64,000 nt of DNA from a virus: IMG/VR virus record IMGVR_UViG_3300020421_000007, positions 1 through 64,000 of that record. One strand, given 5' to 3'. This document shows, piece by piece, positions 1-7,181 of this stretch. Positions within the stretch are counted from its first letter, which is position 1. Each line of letters begins with the position of its first letter. The notes below the pieces were generated by a model, which saw only the letters and a program-made list of their open reading frames with translations, was not told the origin of the DNA and made no database searches. The position numbers were made by a program, and so were the translations under genes.

Positions 1-171
1 ACATTGGATGGTAATCATCAGAGAATTCTTATGTATCACCCACTGTTATCTGATGGCAATGTTGAATCAAACCGTGGTGCTTATGAGTATGTTGAATGGG
101 ATGAACTAGATGATGATACATTGGATGAGGCAGATAGATGTCACAAACTGTTGTTGAGTGAGGTTAACTAA
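1..171 (+). CDS. 3' end of a small acidic hypothetical early protein (partial)
   Basis: Frame 1 is open from the window start to TAA at 169-171 (...EYVEWDELDDDTLDEADRCHKLLLSEVN*). Confidence 0.7.
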   Translation, partial: TLDGNHQRILMYHPLLSDGNVESNRGAYEYVEWDELDDDTLDEADRCHKLLLSEVN

Positions 172-188
172 CTGGTCAGCCGCCCCAA

Positions 189-242
189 CCAGTTGGCAAG
201 GTGGCACACAAAATAGGCACAGCACCCCAGATCGTGTATTGT
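189..242 (+). promoter_or_regulatory. Early promoter: inverted-repeat element plus -10 box
   Basis: CCAGTTGGCAAGGTGGCACA at 189-208; TATTGT at 237-242; same architecture repeated 6 times. Confidence 0.75.
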
Positions 243-248
243 GTACAC

Positions 249-431
249 ATGAACAAAACACTCCTCTCCAATCCACAAACCCTGCAGGACCTGCAGGACT
301 TTATGTTCGATACCATGATGCCCGCTGATCTGTGTGTCGATTGGTTCTGTGATCGCTTCAACGTGTCTGCCACTGATGAGGTGATAGATTACGTGGTCGA
401 GGCGCACTTCGGCATGTTCGCTGACCAGTGA
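249..431 (+). CDS. Small hypothetical early protein
   Basis: ATG 249 lies just after the -10 box (likely leaderless): MNKTLLSNPQ...FADQ. Confidence 0.75.
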   Translation: MNKTLLSNPQTLQDLQDFMFDTMMPADLCVDWFCDRFNVSATDEVIDYVVEAHFGMFADQ

Positions 432-479
432 GCAAACTGGCACAGCATCGGTTGATCTGTGCCCCATCTCCTGTATTGT
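425..479 (+). promoter_or_regulatory. Early promoter: inverted-repeat element plus -10 box
   Basis: CCAGTGAGCAAACTGGCACA at 425-444; TATTGT at 474-479. Confidence 0.75.
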
Positions 480-501
480 TAACTCAAGTTCAAAAAACAC
501 C

Positions 502-738
502 ATGACCGAAAACATCATCGACAGAGACAAACTGCAAGATGCACTCATTGAGTCCATCATCGATGGTATGGATCACAAGTCAATGTATGCATACGTTTAT
601 GATAGTTTGGATGGCAACTTTGACAACTATTCAATGAAAGAACTCATCACAGAAACAGAAGAGTATTACCCTGAATTGTTGACTGATGCCGCTGTTCATA
701 AGGTAACATACAGCGACACGCCACAGGATGCCAGTTGA
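502..738 (+). CDS. Small acidic hypothetical early protein
   Basis: 78-aa ORF downstream of a promoter module. Confidence 0.8.
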   Translation: MTENIIDRDKLQDALIESIIDGMDHKSMYAYVYDSLDGNFDNYSMKELITETEEYYPELLTDAAVHKVTYSDTPQDAS

Positions 739-786
739 GGTAGTGGCACAAAGGGGGTTTACTTCCCCCCTCATCCATTCTATTGT
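729..786 (+). promoter_or_regulatory. Early promoter: inverted repeat, -35 TTTACT, -10 TATTGT
   Basis: TGCCAGTTGAGGTAGTGGCACA at 729-750; TTTACT 758-763; 17-bp spacer; TATTGT 781-786. Confidence 0.8.
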
Positions 787-815
787 TCATTCAAGTCAAA
801 CAACCAACGACTCTC

Positions 816-1157
816 ATGCGTAAGATCGAACAGCAAATGTGTGCCGCTATCCAGGCAGACAAGAACTGGTCATCAGGCAACACACAAGTTGTTACAAACG
901 ATGGTGTGTCTACAGTGTATCTCCACGGCAACAAGATCGCCATGGTTGATGACACCTCGCTGACAATCTTCGATGGTGGATGGCAGTCAGTCACCACCAA
1001 ATCACGACTCAATGCATTGTGCTCTGAGTTCTGCATTGCTGGTGAGGGTATATTCCAGAAAGACTTTCTGTGGTATGTTCGCAAGTTCACTGGTGCAATC
1101 AATGGCAAGAATGTGTACATGACTGAGGATTTCTGTTCTGGTTATGTGTTCGCCTAA
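816..1157 (+). CDS. Cyanophage early hypothetical protein
   Basis: MRKIEQQM...VYLHGNKIA...FDGGWQSVTTKSRLNAL; start placed at ATG 816, downstream of the promoter. Confidence 0.8.
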   Translation: MRKIEQQMCAAIQADKNWSSGNTQVVTNDGVSTVYLHGNKIAMVDDTSLTIFDGGWQSVTTKSRLNALCSEFCIAGEGIFQKDFLWYVRKFTGAINGKNVYMTEDFCSGYVFA

Positions 1158-1263
1158 GGGCGACACTTTTCACACTAAGTAACACAAACTGGGCGGCCAC
1201 CGCCTAGTTCACCCATACTAGCACCCATGTCTCACTATTCCATGCCTTACCTGCCCACCACTA

Positions 1264-1321
1264 GGACAGAGGCGAGACTGTCCACATACATAGGCATCGC
1301 CCGCATCTTGGGCTCTATAAT
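1264..1321 (+). promoter_or_regulatory. Early promoter: inverted-repeat element plus -10 TATAAT
   Basis: GGACAGAGGCGAGACTGTCCAC at 1264-1285; TATAAT at 1316-1321. Confidence 0.75.
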
Positions 1322-1345
1322 CAAATCAATCAAAGGCAATTGATC

Positions 1346-1582
1346 ATGTTCGCAGTCCAACCCGCCAACTGGTATCGTTTCGATGAGCATGGCGCAGACT
1401 ATGCCATCAGCATTTCCCACGCCTATCGCATCTGTTCAGCATGGCAGGAGAGCGGAGACGCTGAGGGGGAAGATATGATGATTTGGCGTCTCACCTCTGG
1501 TCATCCTATCAAATGGGTTCGGGTCTACAAGGATGAGAGCGTGGACACTGTGACAGAGCAGGAACTGGCACTGCTTGCCTAG
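1346..1582 (+). CDS. Small hypothetical early protein
   Basis: MFAVQPANW... ORF following a promoter module. Confidence 0.75.
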   Translation: MFAVQPANWYRFDEHGADYAISISHAYRICSAWQESGDAEGEDMMIWRLTSGHPIKWVRVYKDESVDTVTEQELALLA

Positions 1583-1607
1583 ATAACCAGTTCCGACCCT
1601 GTAGACT
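1550..1607 (+). promoter_or_regulatory. Early promoter: inverted-repeat element plus -10 TAGACT
   Basis: GTGACAGAGCAGGAACTGGCAC at 1550-1571; TAGACT at 1602-1607, same spacing as the other copies. Confidence 0.65.
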
Positions 1608-1613
1608 AACAGC

Positions 1614-1814
1614 ATGGAAAACAAAACAACCAAACTCGAAACCTCTGCTGATGGCATCTTCATGCACAGCAAGAACCCATCACCAGTCATGCAAGCAGCG
1701 ATGGACAGCATCCGCCGTCAGATGATCGCTGAGACAGCATACCGTCAGCGTGTGCGTCAGGGACTAGAGCCAGCAGGACAGTGGGGGAACTGGTCCATCA
1801 GTGATCGCCACTGA
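1614..1814 (+). CDS. Small hypothetical early protein
   Basis: 66-aa ORF with ATG 6 nt after the -10 box. Confidence 0.7.
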   Translation: MENKTTKLETSADGIFMHSKNPSPVMQAAMDSIRRQMIAETAYRQRVRQGLEPAGQWGNWSISDRH

Positions 1815-1833
1815 TCACCCCATCGTCTACAAT
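1776..1833 (+). promoter_or_regulatory. Early promoter: inverted-repeat element plus -10 TACAAT
   Basis: GGACAGTGGGGGAACTGGTCC at 1776-1796; TACAAT at 1828-1833. Confidence 0.65.
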
Positions 1834-1858
1834 ACACACAAGCAAACAAACAAACCAC

Positions 1859-2128
1859 ATGACCGCTTCCACCATGACTGCCGACACCACATACAACGGT
1901 TGGGCAAACTATGAGACCTGGAATGCATCCCTCTGGATTCAGAACGACCGCTTCCTGTACAACACTGCCCAAGCATGTGTGACGTACTGTGAGGCAGGCG
2001 ACACGCCATACGCTTGCTTCGTTCGCTGCATGGATAACTGCGCTCGCACCATGACAGGTGATGACGTGGCATGGACAGATCCTGCCATCGACGCAGACGA
2101 GATGAACGAGATGATGGCAGACCTCTGA
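1859..2128 (+). CDS. Conserved phage hypothetical protein (YNGWxNYETW family)
   Basis: Motif TYNGWANYETWNASLWIQND...LYN, recognised from phage early proteins. Confidence 0.85.
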   Translation: MTASTMTADTTYNGWANYETWNASLWIQNDRFLYNTAQACVTYCEAGDTPYACFVRCMDNCARTMTGDDVAWTDPAIDADEMNEMMADL

Positions 2129-2150
2129 GTCTACCACAGCAGAGGGGCAG

Positions 2151-2175
2151 GGGGGCAGTGATATGCCCCTTTTTT
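2151..2175 (+). terminator. Rho-independent terminator closing the early region
   Basis: GGGGCA-gtgata-TGCCCC followed by a T6 run. Confidence 0.8.
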
Positions 2176-2248
2176 ATGTGGTCGCGAAGCGCCAAGCGGT
2201 TTGGGACTCCTACCCCTTCCCTAACCTACAAAAGTATCCAGACGAGAG

Positions 2249-2255
2249 ATAAATA
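2249..2255 (+). promoter_or_regulatory. T4-type late promoter (ATAAATA)
   Basis: Match to the gp55-type late promoter core upstream of the structural block. Confidence 0.6.
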
Positions 2256-2311
2256 TTTTTGAAATGGTTTTTTTGAAACCTTGAAAAGGAAAAAAATTTC
2301 CCAGCAAAAAA

Positions 2312-2569
2312 ATGACTGAAAAACCCGAGTACAAAAACTTTGACGACATTGTTAACAACTTCGATGCGTTCTGTGACGAGTTTGAGTCGCGAGCATCTGA
2401 AGCATTCATGAGAGGAGATCAAAACGATGGAAGAGTTACACAAGCAGCAGCAGAGTCTGGAGCAGGCACTCCTGAAGCTGTCCGAGAGGTTGACGAGCCT
2501 GGACCAACGGATTTCGCAGCTGGAGCGACCACAATTGATGTATCGTCGTCCAGCGGAGAAGAACTATGA
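2312..2569 (+). CDS. Acidic hypothetical protein (overlaps the next ORF)
   Basis: 85-aa ORF after the late promoter; 143-nt overlap with 2427..2654. Confidence 0.55.
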   Translation: MTEKPEYKNFDDIVNNFDAFCDEFESRASEAFMRGDQNDGRVTQAAAESGAGTPEAVREVDEPGPTDFAAGATTIDVSSSSGEEL

Positions 2570-2654
2570 AAGTCTCTCAGACACATTAGATTATCTTCAC
2601 AATAATGTGGAAGGAATTAAGGAAGATCTTTTAAAGGTAGCGAGAGCGGTATAG
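2427..2654 (+). CDS. Coiled-coil hypothetical protein
   Basis: AGGAG RBS upstream; heptad pattern (LEQALLKLSERLTSLDQRISQLE); abuts the next gene. Confidence 0.75.
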   Translation: MEELHKQQQSLEQALLKLSERLTSLDQRISQLERPQLMYRRPAEKNYESLSDTLDYLHNNVEGIKEDLLKVARAV

Positions 2655-2655
2655 G

Positions 2656-3588
2656 ATGGCAACGCTATTAGATGATAGGTTAACTGTAGGTATCTGGCCA
2701 TTACCAGGGACTGCGAAACGTGCCGACCTGTTATCGGGTGTTGTCACGCCAGGGGTTGGTAGTTTCGAGTTAAGACCTCTAGCGTATGAGAATATGGCAG
2801 AGGCAGTGGAGAATGGCGACGTATCTTCTGTGGATGATTATATCTCACCATATCAGGTATTCTCGTTAACAGTCACAGCAATCCCCACACTGCCCGATGA
2901 GATCATCTTAAACGTATCGTTCGACCCAATACCTCCTGTACCTGCTTTCACACCCTTCAAGGCGATTATAGAGGAACCTAACCCAGTTACATTAGTTAGT
3001 AGGACTGGTGCAGAAAAACCACAAGAGATTTTACCCAGTCCTAATTGGAATCCACCCCTGGTCAATGAAGAGTTCATTCAGACTTTAGGAGGGGTGACGA
3101 CTGCCACGATTGGGGGATACTATACTGAGAAGGCATTTTATGATCGTGAATGGGTTCTGAAGTTTCCTGATGTGATCGCAAGGATCAGCGGCGCAGGCGT
3201 GAGATATTTGAAGTATGAAAAGATCCCTCAGGGCGTACCATTCGATCCGTTGTTATTTGATACCGCACCGATTGCTCCGAGTAGTATTACGCCTGCTACG
3301 TGGTATTCACTCACCAAAGCGGATGCCGAGATCTTAGATGCGCCTGAGATGCAGAGGTTTCTTACAAGATCATCTGGTATTGTATCGTATAAGGCATCAG
3401 AGATCAGGAAGTTGCGCTTCTTCTATATTATTACAATCACTTCAAAGTTACCAGGGACGTTGATTCCGATAAAGACCACTATTCCCGCGTTTATGACGGT
3501 ACAGAACAATAGTAGTTGGGCACAGAAGAGATTACTCTATGCCCTAAATACGCCGAAAGCGCCGAGACCATTATTACTTGGAGTATAA
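2656..3588 (+). CDS. Proline-rich hypothetical protein, probably baseplate/virion-associated
   Basis: 310-aa ORF translationally coupled to the PAAR gene (TAATG). Confidence 0.75.
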   Translation: MATLLDDRLTVGIWPLPGTAKRADLLSGVVTPGVGSFELRPLAYENMAEAVENGDVSSVDDYISPYQVFSLTVTAIPTLPDEIILNVSFDPIPPVPAFTPFKAIIEEPNPVTLVSRTGAEKPQEILPSPNWNPPLVNEEFIQTLGGVTTATIGGYYTEKAFYDREWVLKFPDVIARISGAGVRYLKYEKIPQGVPFDPLLFDTAPIAPSSITPATWYSLTKADAEILDAPEMQRFLTRSSGIVSYKASEIRKLRFFYIITITSKLPGTLIPIKTTIPAFMTVQNNSSWAQKRLLYALNTPKAPRPLLLGV

Positions 3589-3956
3589 TGTTAAGTACAA
3601 CACCCGCGTTATCAATGGTTTTAGACATGACTACAGGTCATGGTCCATGGTCTCCTGTTGGATTTCTACCACCCTCCCCTACTCCTCCTAGTGGTGCGAG
3701 TTTGAATGTTATCATTAATGGTCGTAATGTACATAAGGTAGGTGATACAACATTACCACACTTTGCGATACTTCCTGTACCACCTGATCTACACTCTGAT
3801 ACAATCTCCACAGGGTCTCCAACAGTCATGGTTAATGGTACTCCTATGGCAGTGATCGGAAGTTTGTTAGGATCGCCTGTGGGACCTGCTGGTATCGTTT
3901 CAGGATTTGGAGCATTAACTGTAGTGGTTGACAGCAGACCCCTAGAGAAGGTATAA
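3588..3956 (+). CDS. PAAR-repeat spike-tip protein (T4 gp5.4-like)
   Basis: TTGHG...NVIINGRNVHKVGD...PH...H...STGSPTVMVNGTPMAVIGS; late promoter CTAAATA at 3544-3550. Confidence 0.8.
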   Translation: MLSTTPALSMVLDMTTGHGPWSPVGFLPPSPTPPSGASLNVIINGRNVHKVGDTTLPHFAILPVPPDLHSDTISTGSPTVMVNGTPMAVIGSLLGSPVGPAGIVSGFGALTVVVDSRPLEKV

Positions 3957-3957
3957 T
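3928..3957 (+). promoter_or_regulatory. Consensus sigma70-type promoter
   Basis: TTGACA (3928-3933), 18-bp spacer, TATAAT (3952-3957). Confidence 0.75.
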
Positions 3958-3980
3958 ACAAGAGTCAATCGAACAAAATT

Positions 3981-4127
3981 ATGGCACGAAGCAAAGTTGG
4001 TCTTAGTGGCGGTCTCATGATCGAGTCGAAACCAAAAAAGACTCGTCAGGGATCAGGACAGCACACGAAGTACGCTGCTACATCACGTAACAACAAGAAA
4101 AAGCGTTATCGTGGACAGGGACGATGA
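3981..4127 (+). CDS. Small basic hypothetical protein (48 aa, below ORF-track cutoff)
   Basis: MARSKVGLSGG...KKTRQGSGQHTKYAATSRNNKKKRYRGQGR*; ATGA-coupled to the next gene. Confidence 0.8.
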   Translation: MARSKVGLSGGLMIESKPKKTRQGSGQHTKYAATSRNNKKKRYRGQGR

Positions 4128-4813
4128 ATTTAATTTGCAATCTTCCCGCTGAGAAAGTCTGGGTACGTAAAGAATACTTACGAGATCATCAAGATGGTCA
4201 TGGGGAGTTTGTTGAGGGCGTTTGGGTATCTGCTAAAAGCATACCTGGACGCGCTTTTTATTTTGAGACATACTTACCCACGTATGGAGCAATGTACGAC
4301 AAACTTCCCATTAGTGCGTTTGTACGATCCCCTGAAACCCCAGTCATAGACATGGATTTGGCGAATCTACAATTCTGGAATTGCATGGACTATGGAGTCA
4401 TGGCAATCAACAAAGGATTCATTGCTCAAATGGAAGTGGAGATCTTTACTCGTGACCATGGGTTACAGAAAGGAAAATACTTGTTTACATTGGATAACTA
4501 TCATGCGAACCCTGATGTGATAGATAATAATGTGAGCGAAACTCCTCAGGAGCATAAATCGCACAATTGTATTGCGTTGAACAATGGTCAATACGCTTTG
4601 TATCCTAATAATAGGATGCGACTGTATGACCTCTCCTTGACTCCAGAACAACCTACATTCCCTGACTTTAAAGTATCTACCATAGAATACGAAGTCGAGG
4701 GTGGAACCGATTGGGGACGCCTTGGAGACACTGATAATTATTTTTGGGAAACAAATGCTGAACGAAAACAACGGACGGAGACCACAGATGGACAAACGAG
4801 TGGACAAGAGTGA
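4124..4813 (+). CDS. Conserved marine T4-like phage hypothetical protein
   Basis: 229 aa; motifs VRKEYL, GAMYDKLPISAF, GKYLFTLD, EHKSHN, PNNR. Confidence 0.85.
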   Translation: MNLICNLPAEKVWVRKEYLRDHQDGHGEFVEGVWVSAKSIPGRAFYFETYLPTYGAMYDKLPISAFVRSPETPVIDMDLANLQFWNCMDYGVMAINKGFIAQMEVEIFTRDHGLQKGKYLFTLDNYHANPDVIDNNVSETPQEHKSHNCIALNNGQYALYPNNRMRLYDLSLTPEQPTFPDFKVSTIEYEVEGGTDWGRLGDTDNYFWETNAERKQRTETTDGQTSGQE

Positions 4814-4958
4814 AGAGTTCAAAGAATCGGGAATGACCCTAATTACCGAAACTGATAGCGAACGTCATCTTAAGAGAGCACGTAAGATGCGAGATGTCAA
4901 AGAGGGTGAAATCTTTGACAATCAAGTAGAATGGGCAGACGGATTCTGTGGTAAGTGA
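4788..4958 (+). CDS. Small hypothetical protein
   Basis: GGAG RBS then ATG 4788: MDKRVDKSEEF... Confidence 0.6.
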   Translation: MDKRVDKSEEFKESGMTLITETDSERHLKRARKMRDVKEGEIFDNQVEWADGFCGK

Positions 4959-4964
4959 TAAATA
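4958..4964 (+). promoter_or_regulatory. T4-type late promoter
   Basis: ATAAATA upstream of gp25. Confidence 0.7.
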
Positions 4965-4988
4965 GTAACAGCCTATTGCTGTGTCTAA

Positions 4989-5381
4989 ATGCCTACCTTT
5001 GAGACATTCAAAGATTTGAGTGTTACATTTAAGAAGCATCCTGTTACTGATGATTTGGTAACAGTAAAAGACAAGGCAGCTATCGTTCAGGCGATTACTG
5101 CCTTGCTTCTTACTAAGAAGGGAGAGAGACCATTTCAACCTCAATTGGGATGTGGTCTTCAAAATGTATTATTTGAACCATTAGATTATGGTAGTGCCAG
5201 TATTATCAAATCAGAAATTAGAGACGTTCTAGAACGTTACGAACCAAGAATTACTGTAGATAGTATTTTGTGCAACCCAGATGATATGAATAACGGTTAT
5301 GAAGTTGAATTGGCATATACTATTGTCGGTAGAAATGACGAACCAGTAATTGTAGAATTCTTCTTAGAGCGTACACGATAA
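4989..5381 (+). CDS. gp25: Baseplate wedge subunit gp25
   Basis: T..GERPF.P..G...LFEP...YEPRI motif; position before gp6. Confidence 0.93.
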   Translation: MPTFETFKDLSVTFKKHPVTDDLVTVKDKAAIVQAITALLLTKKGERPFQPQLGCGLQNVLFEPLDYGSASIIKSEIRDVLERYEPRITVDSILCNPDDMNNGYEVELAYTIVGRNDEPVIVEFFLERTR

Positions 5382-7177
5382 TGCCTTATACTCAGGTTGC
5401 CAATTTAGACTTTGAAGATATCAAAGTTGCTCTTAAAGATTATTTGAGAGCACAGTCAGATTTTACTGACTATGATTTTGATGGCAGTGCTTTATCGACT
5501 TTGCTCGACACACTTGCCTACAATACCTATTATACAGCGTTTAACGCTAACATGGTAGTCAATGAACTATTCATTGATTCTGCCACCCTCAGGGACAACG
5601 TAGTAGCGATTGCGAAGCAGTTAGGATACAGACCTAGAAGCATTACCTCTCCAACTGCTATTATTTCCTTTCAAGTTACTTATGGAACTCCAACTACAGA
5701 TACTGAGTTAGTTCTTAAAAAAGGAACAGGATTTATCACCTCATATGATAACAACATTTATCAATATGTTACATTAGATGATGTAACAGGACAGGTAGTA
5801 AACGATGTCGCGACATTTAATAATGTCGTTGTTAGAGAAGGCACACTACTTGTAAACACATTTACAGTTAATACATCATTATCGAATCAAAGATTTATTC
5901 TTGATAATGAAAAGATTGACACAGAAACTATTAAAGTAAAGGTTTTCCCAACAGGAGGATCTTTAAACGAACCATACCTAGTTGCTGATAACATTCTAGA
6001 TGTTGATGCAACCTCAAAAGTTTTCTTCCTTGATGAAACAGAAGACAATCGTTATGAATTAATTTTTGGAGATGGTGTTTTAGGAAAGAAACTAGACAAT
6101 GGCGCAAGGATTGAAGTATCGTATGTTACAACAACTGGTCCAGAATCAAATAGTGTAAAGACATTTGTATTCTCTGGTGTTGTCGAAAATCCTTTTGGTG
6201 TTTCTCCAAATTCATTTACAACAAACATAACATCCGTAGAACCAGCACAGGGTGGAGAAGAAGAAGAGTCTACAGCAAAAATTAAGTTTAACGCACCCAA
6301 GACTTATGGCACACAAGATCGTGCTGTAACTGCTCAGGATTATGCTGCTATTGTTCGTAAAGTATATCCATCTACTAGCGACATTATAATTTTTGGTGGT
6401 GAAGATCAAGAACCACCCGAGTACGGAAAAGTTTTTATTGTAATCAAAGCAGAGAATGCCGCTTTCTTGACATCTTTAACTAAACAACAAATTATTGATG
6501 ATTTAAAGAAGTACATGGTTGCTTCTGTTAGACCAGTAATTGTAGATCCTTCCATTCTATATGTTGAGTTGGATTCAAAGATCTTCTACAATGGATCTGT
6601 AACGGATGAGAGTCCAGGACAAATTAGAGATAGAGTAATTGGTTCTGTACAAAATTATCTCGACAATTCTGATATCGAGAAGTTTAACGGCAAGTTTAGA
6701 TTTAGTAAAATGGTTGGTGTTATTGATGATACGGATAGATCAATTAACTCTAATTTGACTGAAGTAACAATGAGAAAGGATTTTTATCCTAGTCTCAATT
6801 CTACCTTCTATTATGAAGTATGTTTCCAAAACGAATTTGATAAAGATTGTGACGGACCTACCTTGTCATCAACTGGGTTTAGGGTAACTGAATATCCTAC
6901 ATTTGATGTTTATCTAGAAGATAGGGATGGCAAAATTGTCCTATATAGAATAGATAGCGTAACAGGCGAAAAGGTTGTTCTAGACAGTAATGTTGGCGAC
7001 ATTGATTATGTAAAAGGTGAACTAAAAATGTATGCCCTTACTATTATTAAGGGTACATTTATTGACAATCGCATTTCTGTTAGAGTTAAACCCCTTTCCA
7101 ATGATATCAAGGCACTCCGCGAGGTTTATCTTGACGTTGATGTTGCGAATTCCTCGTTCACTGCATACAAAGAGTAA
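5381..7177 (+). CDS. gp6: Baseplate wedge subunit gp6
   Basis: LDFEDIK...DYDFDGS...LAYNTYY...ELFIDSATLR, FGDG..G, RAVTAQDY motifs. Confidence 0.95.
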   Translation: MPYTQVANLDFEDIKVALKDYLRAQSDFTDYDFDGSALSTLLDTLAYNTYYTAFNANMVVNELFIDSATLRDNVVAIAKQLGYRPRSITSPTAIISFQVTYGTPTTDTELVLKKGTGFITSYDNNIYQYVTLDDVTGQVVNDVATFNNVVVREGTLLVNTFTVNTSLSNQRFILDNEKIDTETIKVKVFPTGGSLNEPYLVADNILDVDATSKVFFLDETEDNRYELIFGDGVLGKKLDNGARIEVSYVTTTGPESNSVKTFVFSGVVENPFGVSPNSFTTNITSVEPAQGGEEEESTAKIKFNAPKTYGTQDRAVTAQDYAAIVRKVYPSTSDIIIFGGEDQEPPEYGKVFIVIKAENAAFLTSLTKQQIIDDLKKYMVASVRPVIVDPSILYVELDSKIFYNGSVTDESPGQIRDRVIGSVQNYLDNSDIEKFNGKFRFSKMVGVIDDTDRSINSNLTEVTMRKDFYPSLNSTFYYEVCFQNEFDKDCDGPTLSSTGFRVTEYPTFDVYLEDRDGKIVLYRIDSVTGEKVVLDSNVGDIDYVKGELKMYALTIIKGTFIDNRISVRVKPLSNDIKALREVYLDVDVANSSFTAYKE

Positions 7178-7181
7178 GTAA

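Noticed and set aside
189-1833. Regularly spaced repeats as a CRISPR array or integron attC sites
   Set aside because: The repeats are degenerate, separated by whole genes, fixed relative to -10 boxes, and no cas or integrase gene is present; they are best explained as promoter elements
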